This document shows, piece by piece, positions 36,314 to 46,314 of a stretch of DNA of 64,000 bases. The notes beneath the pieces are model-generated. The model had not been told where the DNA came from. It saw nothing but the letters and a program-made list of their open reading frames with translations, and did no database searches. Source of the DNA: Methanotrichaceae archaeon (GTDB lineage: Archaea; Halobacteriota; Methanosarcinia; Methanotrichales; Methanotrichaceae); contig JBHGAU010000002.1 in assembly GCA_041946675.1 (NCBI GenBank), positions 44,651-108,650 on the forward strand, in the 5' to 3' direction. Both the position numbers and the translations under genes were made by a program. The stretch's first letter is position 1. The number at the start of each line of letters is the position of its first letter.

Positions 36314-39300
36314 TTCAAGATCTGTAGCATCCCCGGCAGACTTTCGAGAATAGCCTTGTAATCATTCTCGTGAAGCTTGGCTTTCATGGAGACCAGGAAC
36401 TTTCGCGCCTCAGGAGTAAGATCTGACCCCTCAAAATACTCTACGATTCTCGATATAAGCAGGCTGACAGTCTTTGAATAAACGGAATCGCTATGGCTTG
36501 TCGCCAGATGCAGGGCGCGGTTATAATCGGTTAAAGCCGCATCATTACGGCCTGTCCGAGCCTCGCAGTCTGCTATGGTAATTAATGCCCTGATGTTCAA
36601 ATCCAAGTAGCCCATAAGCCTTGTATGGCGCTCCAGCAGAACGGCTATCTCCTCAGCCTTTGTGAGATCTTTTTGGGATAGGGCAACTGCAGCCATATCA
36701 TCATAAACCAAGAGAAGATCATATACTGCACCGATCTTGCTGAAGATCTTTAATGCATCCTTAAGCTTGGCCTCTGATTCTGAATAATCATTCTTGAATT
36801 TGGAGATAAGGCCAATATTTCTCAAAGCTTTGGCCTCCTCATACCTATCGCCAAGCCTTCTTGATAATGCCAAAGCCTTTTGATAGTTATTAAAAGCCTC
36901 GCTGTAGAGCTGCTCTCCCTGGTAGAACTCACCCCATGCGCTGTAAAGCTGAATGCGCATCGGCTGATAGTTCAATCTATAAATCAGCGTCTCTGCCTTG
37001 GATAAGTAGAATTTGGATTCCAGTGACTGCTGAGAATGCAGCTTGAACCTTGCCATTGCTATATAGCACTCGCTGAGATCAGGCATTGCTCCCAGGCCCT
37101 CGAATGTTTTCATCGAGTTCTGCAAAAGCTCCTCAGCATTCTCCCTCCATCCTCTCAGGCTCTGAACGGCGCTCAGATTCATCTTTACAAGGCCTATGCA
37201 CGGCTCTGCCTTCAGCCTATCAAAGATCTCAAGGCTCTGCTCAAGCATTTCCGCAGCCATTGCCCAATCTCCTTTGCCTCTATAAACTGTGGCAGCATTG
37301 AGCATCGTCTGGGCTGCGCCATATAAATCTTCTAATTTTTTGAAGAGGGCAGTGCTCTCCATAAACTTAGATATGGCCTCGTCCCACTCATACCTGTCTG
37401 CATGAGCGCTTGCAAGAGCTGCCAGCACTTCGGCCTTCCCGCTCAAATCGCCTGCAGCCTCCATCTCCTTCAGCTGTTTCAGATAGCCATCAACGCTCGC
37501 CTTGACATCGCCCTGGCCCGATTTGATCATATCTATATCAGCCTGCATCTCTGCAGCCCCAACAGCATCTCCCTGGCGTAAGCGTATTTCTAAGCCTCTC
37601 TGGAAGTGCTCCATTGCAAGGGCCCATTCGCCCCTGCGGTAGTAGAATGTCCCCAGATTATTCAGCACCTTTGCAATTCCATCGGAATCCTCAAAGGCCT
37701 CGAAGATATCCAGGCTCTTCTGATAGCATTCCAGGGCACTGGACCAATCGCCCTTTTTATAGTAGATGCTGGCTATGTTGCTCAAAACAGAAGCTGTACT
37801 GCTATCATCGCCGATCCTTTCAAAGCACTGCAAGCTTTGATTATATTGCTCAAGTGCATTGCTCCATTCACCACGGCGATAATACATATTTCCGAGGTTG
37901 TTTCCTGCGACTGCCATGCTATAGTCATCGCCGAGCCTATTCAAAATCTCCAGGCTCTCCTTATAGCTGGAGATGGCCTCGTTCCAGTTACCCTCTTCCA
38001 TATAGATATTGCCCAGGTTACAGAGCACCACAGCAACGCTATAGAGGTCTCCCTTTGATCGGAATATCTCCAATGCATCGCAATATTCAACGATCGCTTC
38101 TCGATTTTTGCCGAGCTTATAGCACAGCTCTGCAAAACTGCTAAGCGATGTGATGAACTCACGTACATCTTCAAGCGACTTCTGTAATCTTAAACACTCC
38201 TCATAATAACCCAGGGCTCTCTCCAGATCCCCCGAATCGGCCAATATAATTCCCATGCTCTTCAGAGCATTTGCCTCTCCCTTCGCGTCACCCAGCTCCC
38301 GAAAGATCCTGAGGCTCTCAAGGCAGCATTTCTCCGCCTTTTCGATCGATCCGCTCTGGCAATATATGCTTCCGAGATTGCCCATAGTTGTTGCAATGCC
38401 GTGTCTATCGCCAATCTTTCGTTTTGCATCCAGGCTCTGGGTGTAATATTTTATTGCCTGAAGATCATCTCCCATATCCGCATAGATGTTTCCGAGATTG
38501 TTTAAGACGGCAGATAAGCAATGAGTGTCTCCAAGATCCTCGAAAGATTCCATAGCCACCTTGAAATGGGCAACGGCCTCATCCAAATCTCCTTTGAGCT
38601 GGCATGTGTTTCCCAGATTCACCCGAACAGTCGCAATGCCTGTAGAGTCGCCCAATTCCTCTTTAATGTTCAAACTCTTCTGCAGGTGCTCTGCAGCGCT
38701 GGAGAAATCTCCCTTGAGTTGGCAGATAAGGCCGAGGTTATTCAACGTCTTGGATATTCCCTGTCTATCGCCAAACCTTTCCTGTATCTGGAGAGTCTGA
38801 TCGTATAGATCAACGGCCGTATCCAGATCTCCCTTTAGCTGATAGATGCTTCCGAGATCGGATAATGTTTTGGCTGCATCCAGATCATCGCCCGATGCCT
38901 TCAAAAGATCTATAGATCTCTGATAGCACGAAACGGCATTATCCCATGCACCCATATCGATATAGATCAGACCAATATTATTCAGCGCCGTCGTTATGCC
39001 GTGCAGATCGTCCAGCCTCTCCTGGATCTCCAGATTTCGGCGATAGCAATTGAGGGCATCGGCATACTGGCCCATTTTATAGTAAATGCTGCCCAGGCTT
39101 GAGAGAGTTCTGGCAGCGCCGCTTGAGTCTCCCTGGCCTTCCTGTATATCCAGAGCCTTTTGGAAATGCTTTATCGCATTATTCCATTGTTTTATCTCAA
39201 TGTATACAAGGCCCATGGAGCTTAATACCGATGCGACCTCTCCCAGATCGCCGATACATTCTAGCGATGTTAAGCTCTTATGATAGTACTCGAGTGCTAG

Positions 39301-40173
39301 GTTCCATTTTTCTGCCTGTGAGCAGATGCTGCCCAGAGTGCTCTGTATCCTGGCTATTCCGGCATTATCCCCTAGATCATCGAGGTTATGGAGCGCCATC
39401 TCATAATAATCAATTGCTCGATCCCAAACTCCCTCAAGCTGGCGAACCATGCCGAGGCTTGCGAGGACCTTTGCTGCGCCCTTTTTATCCCCACAGCGCT
39501 CTATTTCACTCAAGCTCTTCTGATAATACTCCTCTGCGGATGTCAGGTCTCCCTTAAGCTGGCATATCCTCCCCAGGTTGCTGAGGACATCAGCAGTACC
39601 TGCCTTATCTCCGGCATCCTTGAGGATTGCTAAACTTTCCTCATAGCATCCAAGTGCATGTCCGAGCTCCTCCTGGCGGAGATGAATATTGCCCAGGCAG
39701 TTCAGCACTGATGCCACAGATAATGAATCCCCAACTGCGTTTAGAGCATCTAGCTCGCGTTTATAATATTTACAGGCACTGTCCCAGTCCTCAACCTCCA
39801 AATAGATGTTGCCCAGACCCCCCAAAGCCTTGGCCGCATTTCTTCTATTGCCCTCTTCTTCAGCCAGCCTGAGACTCTGCTCATAATACTCGATTGCAGC
39901 CTGGTTGAAGAAGAATCTATGTGCCAGGACTCCCAAGGAGAACCAGCTCTGAAAGCTCTTTTGCTTTGAGGCATGCTCTGCCAGTTCCTTGAGCTTCGTA
40001 TGCATGAGGGCGCCATCTGAAGATAAGGCTGCCTTAATGAAGGAGGAAAGCGGATCGGGTGCATTAGAGGAGATGATCTTCAATTGTTCGAGCTCATAGC
40101 CTTTTGGATTCGCCAGCACTTCGGCGAATGCGCTAAGACCCGAAAGAACGCTATCTTCAGACATCTCCTCCAC
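36310..40173 (-). CDS. giant tetratricopeptide-repeat protein (1287 aa, about 40-aa periodic TPR units throughout)
   Basis: Dozens of repeats of the form LNNLGxIYxxxGDWdxAixxYqkSLxIxexlGD. I could not find Walker or other catalytic motifs. Confidence 0.85.
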   Translation of the reverse strand: MEEMSEDSVLSGLSAFAEVLANPKGYELEQLKIISSNAPDPLSSFIKAALSSDGALMHTKLKELAEHASKQKSFQSWFSLGVLAHRFFFNQAAIEYYEQSLRLAEEEGNRRNAAKALGGLGNIYLEVEDWDSACKYYKRELDALNAVGDSLSVASVLNCLGNIHLRQEELGHALGCYEESLAILKDAGDKAGTADVLSNLGRICQLKGDLTSAEEYYQKSLSEIERCGDKKGAAKVLASLGMVRQLEGVWDRAIDYYEMALHNLDDLGDNAGIARIQSTLGSICSQAEKWNLALEYYHKSLTSLECIGDLGEVASVLSSMGLVYIEIKQWNNAIKHFQKALDIQEGQGDSSGAARTLSSLGSIYYKMGQYADALNCYRRNLEIQERLDDLHGITTALNNIGLIYIDMGAWDNAVSCYQRSIDLLKASGDDLDAAKTLSDLGSIYQLKGDLDTAVDLYDQTLQIQERFGDRQGISKTLNNLGLICQLKGDFSSAAEHLQKSLNIKEELGDSTGIATVRVNLGNTCQLKGDLDEAVAHFKVAMESFEDLGDTHCLSAVLNNLGNIYADMGDDLQAIKYYTQSLDAKRKIGDRHGIATTMGNLGSIYCQSGSIEKAEKCCLESLRIFRELGDAKGEANALKSMGIILADSGDLERALGYYEECLRLQKSLEDVREFITSLSSFAELCYKLGKNREAIVEYCDALEIFRSKGDLYSVAVVLCNLGNIYMEEGNWNEAISSYKESLEILNRLGDDYSMAVAGNNLGNMYYRRGEWSNALEQYNQSLQCFERIGDDSSTASVLSNIASIYYKKGDWSSALECYQKSLDIFEAFEDSDGIAKVLNNLGTFYYRRGEWALAMEHFQRGLEIRLRQGDAVGAAEMQADIDMIKSGQGDVKASVDGYLKQLKEMEAAGDLSGKAEVLAALASAHADRYEWDEAISKFMESTALFKKLEDLYGAAQTMLNAATVYRGKGDWAMAAEMLEQSLEIFDRLKAEPCIGLVKMNLSAVQSLRGWRENAEELLQNSMKTFEGLGAMPDLSECYIAMARFKLHSQQSLESKFYLSKAETLIYRLNYQPMRIQLYSAWGEFYQGEQLYSEAFNNYQKALALSRRLGDRYEEAKALRNIGLISKFKNDYSESEAKLKDALKIFSKIGAVYDLLLVYDDMAAVALSQKDLTKAEEIAVLLERHTRLMGYLDLNIRALITIADCEARTGRNDAALTDYNRALHLATSHSDSVYSKTVSLLISRIVEYFEGSDLTPEARKFLVSMKAKLHENDYKAILESLPGMLQILN

Positions 40174-40563
40174 CGCCCAAGCAGCTCATCAGGAGATAAT
40201 ATATAGTTGTGAATGAATAATTAAACGAAAATCCGGATGAAGTTTTACGGGGTAGCAAGTAGCTGTTAAGTCCTCCCCTAAAATCGACCTCGTTATTGGC
40301 CATCGTTTCTCCCCTCGATTGCTGCCTTTAGTATATGGATACTACTTATCTCATCAGTAATAACTGTCCATGCATATAAAATCTCCGATTTATTAGGATA
40401 CGATATCATATCATACTAAAGTTAGTATTAGTAATATTTTATATCTAAACAAAAGCGTTTGCACCAAACTGCGATTCTTTTTAGACTGGTAGCTTGGAGT
40501 TATAATTCGAAAGTAATAACTAGAAACGCTTCGCGGAAAAAATGTTTATATGCTTTCAAACAT

Positions 40564-40950
40564 CTATCTCAATACCAGCTTCAGGGCACGCTGCGGGCAG
40601 CCTGTAATACAGGCCCCACACTGTATGCATTTGCCGGGGTCAGCCACAACTCTCCACTCATCAAACCTGAAGGTTCCAGTCGGGCATACGGAAACGCAGG
40701 CTCCACAATGTATGCATTCATCTTCATCCTTTATGACGGGTATCTCGAGTGTAACTACTTTGACACCCCTGCGTTCAAATGCCTCTTTGACCTCATTGCA
40801 TTTATCCGGAGATACTTCAAGGACAATCTCGCCGCTGACAGCATCTATGCTTGCCCGCTCTATATTGACCAATGTAGATGTCTCCAAAATTACGGAGGCT
40901 ATGAGAGGCTGGCGTACAATGCCAGGAGCCACATGCAGCATCAGCTTCAA
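40564..40950 (-). CDS. NIL-domain / 2x[4Fe-4S] ferredoxin protein (partner of the COG1900 homocysteine-biosynthesis protein)
   Basis: N-terminal NIL-like domain plus CIHCGACVSVCP and CIQCGACITGCP. It starts 2 nt downstream of the COG1900 gene. Confidence 0.8.
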   Translation of the reverse strand: MKLMLHVAPGIVRQPLIASVILETSTLVNIERASIDAVSGEIVLEVSPDKCNEVKEAFERRGVKVVTLEIPVIKDEDECIHCGACVSVCPTGTFRFDEWRVVADPGKCIQCGACITGCPQRALKLVLR

Positions 40951-40952
40951 CT

Positions 40953-42455
40953 CTACCGCCTCCTTGCGAGTAGCCTTGATATGTGATCGCTTGTGATCAT
41001 TCCTATGACGCGGTTCTCACGATCTACAACAGGCAGGGCAGAGATCCTGTGAGTATCAAGGGTCCTTGCTGCAAGCTCTATCGGCTCATCCGGCCTCGCC
41101 GAATAAACCCTGCGCGTCATTATCTCCGATATCTGCGATACCGCTCCGTTGGCAACGGCCTTGGATATATCCCAGGCAGTTATCATTCCTGCAAGAGTCC
41201 CTCTTTCAGAGACTACAGGCAGATGATCGAAGCTCCCGCCCACAATCAGCTTAGCCGCCTCGTTTATGCGGATGTCCTCGCGAACTGTGACTACATCGCG
41301 ACTCATGACGTCCTCCACGTTCGGGAACTCCTTTGTCTGCTTCATCGGCTTTGCTGAACCTACACGCTGAAGAGGCTCTACTGCCTGAGTGGGCAGAAAC
41401 TCGCCCATCTCTATGGACTTCTTGAGCATTTCTGCGATCTCTCTGGCCATGTAGTAGCTGGAAAGCGATGAGGTCGGCACTTCTCTGCCATTTAGCTTCA
41501 CTGAGCCGGATTTGAGCATCTCATAGTTGACAATGGTGACTGTTGGCCTATCACGGCGCTGTATCCCATAGTCGACTATCGGCACAGGTATATCGCGATC
41601 CCTAACTGCAGTATTCTTCGCAATCCTCTCGTTGAGCACAGGTATCGGAATTCCAATCCCGATGTAGAGGCTTGGGCCGTATCTGTGAAATGTTGCTGCG
41701 CGAAGATATCTTGAGCTCATCTTTTTTAGGTCACCTGTAACCATTAGAGTTGAAAAGTTATTCTGGGGATTGTGCTGTGTCCCTGAGCCGATGACGAATC
41801 CTTGCGCTCCTCCCAGGAATATCCTTGTGCCTACTCCAATATAATCGAAGTTCGGATCGTTGGAGATCGGCGAAAGGACGCCCGCACCGCTGTAATGGAC
41901 ATTTCCATAGCGCGGGAGAAGCGTGCCCATATAGGTATGCATCGTCCTATCCGAGGAGTTGGTTGCGGCATTATATCTTTGATAGGCGTTTCTGGGGTTG
42001 ACCATCATTGCCTGGTTAAAGTCTTCCAGCCGCAGGCTCGTCTCCAGCTTGAGCTGCGGATAGCAATCGGTTCCTACGCCCTCAGCCTTGACATCTATCT
42101 GCCTTCCTGCGACAAGATCCTCTATGACGTGAGCGCCGCCATATTCTATATCGCGATCCTCGGAGGGCTGGGTTGCTCCCAAAAATAGATCTACTGCTGC
42201 CACGCCTCCATATGCCTCAACCTTGTTGAGCCAGGCTCTCAGAATTTTTATTGGAGGGTCGCTGTGGCCTAAATTCAGAAATACGCCAGAGGAGCACATT
42301 GCTCCAAAGGTGCCCGTTGTTACAACATCCACCTCGCGCACTGCACCGGCTGTGCCAATCTCGTCCACTATGTCGGGCATTTCCTCGGCTGTGACGACGC
42401 GGGCGCTGCCATTACGTACGCGCTCGTTGATCTCAGTGAGCGACTTCTCTTGCAC
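40953..42455 (-). CDS. COG1900 (DUF39) homocysteine-biosynthesis protein with C-terminal tandem CBS domains
   Basis: Has the MJ0100/MA1821-like architecture: a DUF39 body of about 380 aa followed by two CBS motifs (VMSRDVVTV..., IMTRRVYSA...). Confidence 0.8.
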   Translation of the reverse strand: MQEKSLTEINERVRNGSARVVTAEEMPDIVDEIGTAGAVREVDVVTTGTFGAMCSSGVFLNLGHSDPPIKILRAWLNKVEAYGGVAAVDLFLGATQPSEDRDIEYGGAHVIEDLVAGRQIDVKAEGVGTDCYPQLKLETSLRLEDFNQAMMVNPRNAYQRYNAATNSSDRTMHTYMGTLLPRYGNVHYSGAGVLSPISNDPNFDYIGVGTRIFLGGAQGFVIGSGTQHNPQNNFSTLMVTGDLKKMSSRYLRAATFHRYGPSLYIGIGIPIPVLNERIAKNTAVRDRDIPVPIVDYGIQRRDRPTVTIVNYEMLKSGSVKLNGREVPTSSLSSYYMAREIAEMLKKSIEMGEFLPTQAVEPLQRVGSAKPMKQTKEFPNVEDVMSRDVVTVREDIRINEAAKLIVGGSFDHLPVVSERGTLAGMITAWDISKAVANGAVSQISEIMTRRVYSARPDEPIELAARTLDTHRISALPVVDRENRVIGMITSDHISRLLARRR

Positions 42456-42673
42456 GAATGCTTCCTATCCGCCGATACGATAAAAAGCTATTGGGGCCCT
42501 GGATAATCTACCATGATTGAGTAGATGGCCTGAAAGTTCGGGCCGTAAAAAGCTTGGACTCCATGAGGATGACTCTGGTCCTGGTGTAAGCATCGGCCGA
42601 ATTCTTATCATAAGGCTCCTCAACAATCTTAAAGAATAAAAATTTATGACTGATAATCGCAAAAAAGGTTTAT

Positions 42674-43141
42674 TCACTCTTCCTCCAGCTTGCACAGCTG
42701 GCAGCTATGATGCCAGATTGGCTCAACCTGGACGTAGATAGGCTCCTCACTATTGTAATGGCCTGCAGACATATCCTGAATAAATTTATGCACCGAGGCT
42801 GCATCCATGCTGCGAGGCCTGATCCTCCCAACTTCATGGCCATGAACGCCATGGTGGCCCTCGGTCTTATCAATGGTCACAACGGCATACTCAGGATCTT
42901 TCTCGCTAACACTGTCGTTCAAATAGAGCAGTTTGCCGTAATAGAAGCTATAGCAAAGAGGCCAATCGTGGCTCATCATGGCCTCTACAAGATTATCTTC
43001 ACTCCCAATCTCCTTGAAGGAGAAAGTGCGGTCTTTGTGGATCATCATCTTGATAGTTTGCCTTAGTTGCTTATAAAATAGGTTCCTCCTTATTTCCGAT
43101 GAAAAATATAAGGAAAACCGGATGGTTAGGTCGCCCAACAT
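42674..43141 (-). CDS. hypothetical protein with a His-rich patch (start uncertain; alternative Met-Met at 43048)
   Basis: Open reading frame only. Contains EGHHGVHGHEVG and a C-terminal HHSCQLC. No family recognised. Confidence 0.4.
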   Translation of the reverse strand: MLGDLTIRFSLYFSSEIRRNLFYKQLRQTIKMMIHKDRTFSFKEIGSEDNLVEAMMSHDWPLCYSFYYGKLLYLNDSVSEKDPEYAVVTIDKTEGHHGVHGHEVGRIRPRSMDAASVHKFIQDMSAGHYNSEEPIYVQVEPIWHHSCQLCKLEEE

Positions 43142-43246
43142 CCATCCTTCAGATCTCTTTCCGCCAGGTACCCTGGCCTTACAAATGATCCTTAGACAGA
43201 CCTATCCATCGCCCAGATTTGTCTCTAATAGATTAGGCCAATCACA

Positions 43247-43432
43247 ATGCTTTTTAACTTATTTAACGTTTTTAAAAGTGTGATGGATGTAGCCAGATCT
43301 GAAGGACATGTTATCTGTTCTAGGGTATCAGCCGTGGAACTGGAGGAGATCAAAAAGTTGGTGAATGCCGACGTTTATTTGAATACTTCAGACTTTGTGA
43401 GAGACGCAAGAAGGAGATATGGCCTGGTCTGA
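43247..43432 (+). CDS. ribbon-helix-helix (CopG/Arc-like) small protein
   Basis: ICSRVSAVELEEIKKLVNADVYLNTSDFVRDA fits the beta-strand/helix/helix RHH pattern. The start is probably the internal Met (MDVARSEG). It overlaps the radical-SAM gene by 14 nt. Confidence 0.45.
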   Translation: MLFNLFNVFKSVMDVARSEGHVICSRVSAVELEEIKKLVNADVYLNTSDFVRDARRRYGLV

Positions 43433-44456
43433 AGATTCCATTGGATCTTTTTACAACTACCTGCCGAAGGGCTGCGAGATCTGCAGAATAGGTGCGAGCC
43501 TTGTGCTCTTCGTAACGGGAAAGTGCGGGCGGAGCTGCTTCTACTGCCCTCTTTCAGAGGAGCGGAAAGGAAAAGATCTCGCATTTGCAGATGAGCAGCC
43601 TGTGGAAGATATAGAGGATATTATCAATGAGGCAAAGGCCATCGGCGCTCTGGGTACAGGAATCACCGGAGGCGAGCCTCTTCTCAAGCTTGACCAGGTC
43701 CTGGAGTACATAAGGGCCTTGAAGCGCTCGTTTGGGCCTGAGCACCATATCCATTTATACACCGGCCTGCTGCCCGAAAGAGATGTCCTGATGAAGCTGA
43801 AGGCTGCAGGGCTTGATGAGATAAGGTTTCATCCGCCATATCCGGAATGGCCGGACCCGAGAGGCCTAAAAGAGGCGCTGGAAGAGGCCAAATCTCTGGG
43901 CCTTGAGGCAGGCGTGGAGATTCCAGCGATCGCGCCAGCGCCTGAGATAATTAATGCCGTAAGAGATGCTGACGCATTTATGAATATCAATGAGCTCGAG
44001 TTTTCGGAGACGAATGCAGATCAGCTGAAATCCCAAGGCTATAAGCCAGAAGAGATTCATTGCGGGGCTATAGGCAGCGAGAGAATAGCCAGAGAGCACT
44101 TCATGCCGGAAGGTGTAAAGGTGCATTACTGCCCGTCGAGGTTCAAGGATGCCGTCCAGCTGAGGGAGCGGTTCAAGAGACGATGTGAACGTATTGCGCG
44201 CCCCTTTGATATTCCGACTGAGGACGGGACTCTAATCTGCGGCACGATTTGCGGGAATATAGGAAGTGCTCTTGCAGTTTTAGTGGAGTTACACGTGCCG
44301 GAGGAGATGTATTCTCTGAAAAGGAACGAGATAGAAATATCAGCGCCTATTCTGGAAGATATTTCGAAAAAGTTAAAAAGCATAGGTTGCATTGTTTCAT
44401 TAATCGAGCGATATCCCTTAGAGGACGGGCTTGTTGTGGAGAGAATACCTTTATAA
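43419..44456 (+). CDS. radical SAM protein (PFL-activase-related, COG2108-like)
   Basis: CGRSCFYCP is a CX3CX2C motif, with GGEPLL downstream. Confidence 0.75.
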   Translation: MAWSEDSIGSFYNYLPKGCEICRIGASLVLFVTGKCGRSCFYCPLSEERKGKDLAFADEQPVEDIEDIINEAKAIGALGTGITGGEPLLKLDQVLEYIRALKRSFGPEHHIHLYTGLLPERDVLMKLKAAGLDEIRFHPPYPEWPDPRGLKEALEEAKSLGLEAGVEIPAIAPAPEIINAVRDADAFMNINELEFSETNADQLKSQGYKPEEIHCGAIGSERIAREHFMPEGVKVHYCPSRFKDAVQLRERFKRRCERIARPFDIPTEDGTLICGTICGNIGSALAVLVELHVPEEMYSLKRNEIEISAPILEDISKKLKSIGCIVSLIERYPLEDGLVVERIPL

Positions 44457-44494
44457 TCCTTAGATTCATTGCTGAGTGGCGGTGATTTTGCCGG

Positions 44495-44797
44495 ATGGAG
44501 AGCTCTGAAGATCGAATCCAGGAGAGGCTCAGGAATTACCTAAAACGGGATGGCATAGGCATTAGAAAGGCCGTTTTAAAGCTATTTTTGAGCGATGGGT
44601 CTTATACAACCGAGGATGTTTTTGCATACCTGGAGAAGGAAGGCTTTGATGTTAGCTATCGCGGGGTATCTGCGATGGTCGGGCTTATGAATACCCGCCT
44701 GGGAATCCTGAGCATAGATGTCTCTGGAGATCATAATGTATATTCTCTAAAAAGCGATCATAAGGGTGCAGTGAGGTCTGTTCTGGAAAGCTATTAG
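44495..44797 (+). CDS. small conserved methanogen protein (DUF2551-like, by recollection; wHTH-like)
   Basis: 100 aa. IRKAVLKLFLSDGSYTTEDVFAYLEKEGFDVSYRGVSAMVGLM has an HTH-like character. Confidence 0.45.
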   Translation: MESSEDRIQERLRNYLKRDGIGIRKAVLKLFLSDGSYTTEDVFAYLEKEGFDVSYRGVSAMVGLMNTRLGILSIDVSGDHNVYSLKSDHKGAVRSVLESY

Positions 44798-44820
44798 CAT
44801 TAACAAATTTAATACAAATA

Positions 44821-46314
44821 TCAGTTCGGAGGCTCTCCTCGCTTCATCCTGTTCTTATACTTGTTCAACGCCAGGTCGGCGATCATATTGATGCACTTAA
44901 GAGCTGCATGGACAGTCGGTCCTGCAGTCATTCGCTCGCTATAGAAGCTGTGCAGGCTCTTGAGGTGTCTGAGGTTGTACTCGAGACACAGACCGATCAG
45001 CTCCCAGTGTTCGGGCAGCGCACGATCCCGGCCGAAGCCTCTTATTCCTCCAAGTTTCGTTTCTGACATGGGTGTGAAAAAGAGGGGCAGCATCATGCCG
45101 GTGTAATTCTTAAGCGATTCCACAAGCTCTATAGTCTTGATGACATCGGAAGCATCCTCTCCCGGCAAACCCAAAACTAGGCTTGCTACAGGCAGCCACG
45201 ACTCCTCGCCGAAGAGGCTGTAGCAGTCTCTTACGATCTCAGGCCATTTTGCAGTCTCCGAGGGAAGGGCCTTCCTAGGCATATGCATTTCGAGTATTCT
45301 GCAGCTTCCAGTCTCAATTCCTATCCAGGCCGACATATACTTCTGGTCAGAGCCTATGCCCACTATTCGAGAGACATCCCTGAGAAGATCCTGGCTCTGG
45401 TGAACTGTAGCCAGGCTGAGGTGAGACACATCGATGGTGCGCGGGCCGAGCTTCTTTACCTCAGCTACAAGCTTTTTTACCTTCTCTCTATCTGGAACCA
45501 TGCCCTTCGAGCCGTAGGTAAAGACATCCTCGGAATGCAGAAGCACATCTCTCTGGCCGCTTTGTAGATTTACCTTTACGTCCTCCAATATCTTCTCGAG
45601 AGGCCTATGCCGCAATGTTCGCATTGTAGGCGAGCAGAATGAGCAGCCGCGCCAGCAGCCTCTGCCGATTTCTACGATGCCTGCAATCGTTGCTCCGCGG
45701 TTTACTGGAATTTTATCGCCGGGGACAATGCTTCCGTGTATTACCCTCGGCACATTCTCTCCCCCAAGTATGCTCCTGCATATGCCAGGAAAATCAGCTT
45801 CGCCCTCACCCAGGTAGATGTGATCTACGCCGACATTTTCATCGATCAGCTCCCAGGCGCCGTTCCCTCCCACAACGATCTTCGGCTTGTGTTCCTTTAT
45901 CAGGGGATGATTGATGAGCGAGAGAAATTTGGATCTATTATGAGGCTCTCCGCGCCCAATCATCTCCTCTATCTCCCGGACTGCAATCTTCCCCAAGGGA
46001 TCATCATGAGTTATGCCGACGATCTCAGTGTCGGGCCCTATGAATTTATCAAGGTGGTGGGGATGAGCAACAGCGACCTCAGAGCTATCGAAGCCTGAAT
46101 CAAGAAGAGCAGCTTCCACTTTACGCATTCCACATGGAGCGAGGATTGCTCTGCCATCAGCGCCAGAAGCGACCGGCGGACAAAAGAGCCATTGAAATAT
46201 CCAATCAGGCATGACTGCCCTGGGCATTATTGAAGCAAAGCCCAGAAGCACTCCGCCGTGATAGCTGCTCATCATGGTTATATCGCTGGTCAGGACAATC
46301 CTTTTTCCCGGCAT
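44821..46314 (-). CDS. B12-binding-like domain / radical SAM protein
   Basis: CWRGCSFCSP is a CX3CX2C motif. The N-terminal Rossmann-like region has VVGGNGAWE. The start is taken at the internal Met (MPGKRIVLTSD); the ORF track extends to 46404. Confidence 0.7.
   Translation of the reverse strand: MPGKRIVLTSDITMMSSYHGGVLLGFASIMPRAVMPDWIFQWLFCPPVASGADGRAILAPCGMRKVEAALLDSGFDSSEVAVAHPHHLDKFIGPDTEIVGITHDDPLGKIAVREIEEMIGRGEPHNRSKFLSLINHPLIKEHKPKIVVGGNGAWELIDENVGVDHIYLGEGEADFPGICRSILGGENVPRVIHGSIVPGDKIPVNRGATIAGIVEIGRGCWRGCSFCSPTMRTLRHRPLEKILEDVKVNLQSGQRDVLLHSEDVFTYGSKGMVPDREKVKKLVAEVKKLGPRTIDVSHLSLATVHQSQDLLRDVSRIVGIGSDQKYMSAWIGIETGSCRILEMHMPRKALPSETAKWPEIVRDCYSLFGEESWLPVASLVLGLPGEDASDVIKTIELVESLKNYTGMMLPLFFTPMSETKLGGIRGFGRDRALPEHWELIGLCLEYNLRHLKSLHSFYSERMTAGPTVHAALKCINMIADLALNKYKNRMKRGEPPN

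Noticed and set aside
36310-40173. Periodic DNA-level repetition that could at first glance suggest a repeat array or CRISPR.
   Set aside because: The periodicity is about 120 nt and corresponds to 40-aa TPR units in one continuous ORF. There are no short identical repeats with unique spacers.
40459-40996. Two plus-strand ORFs of 175 and 148 aa.
   Set aside because: They are antisense to the NIL-ferredoxin gene. The Cys-codon mirror effect creates the long open frames.
42456-42673. Possible riboswitch or leader RNA upstream of the homocysteine gene.
   Set aside because: I could not trace a convincing conserved stem architecture by eye. No known riboswitch consensus was recognised.
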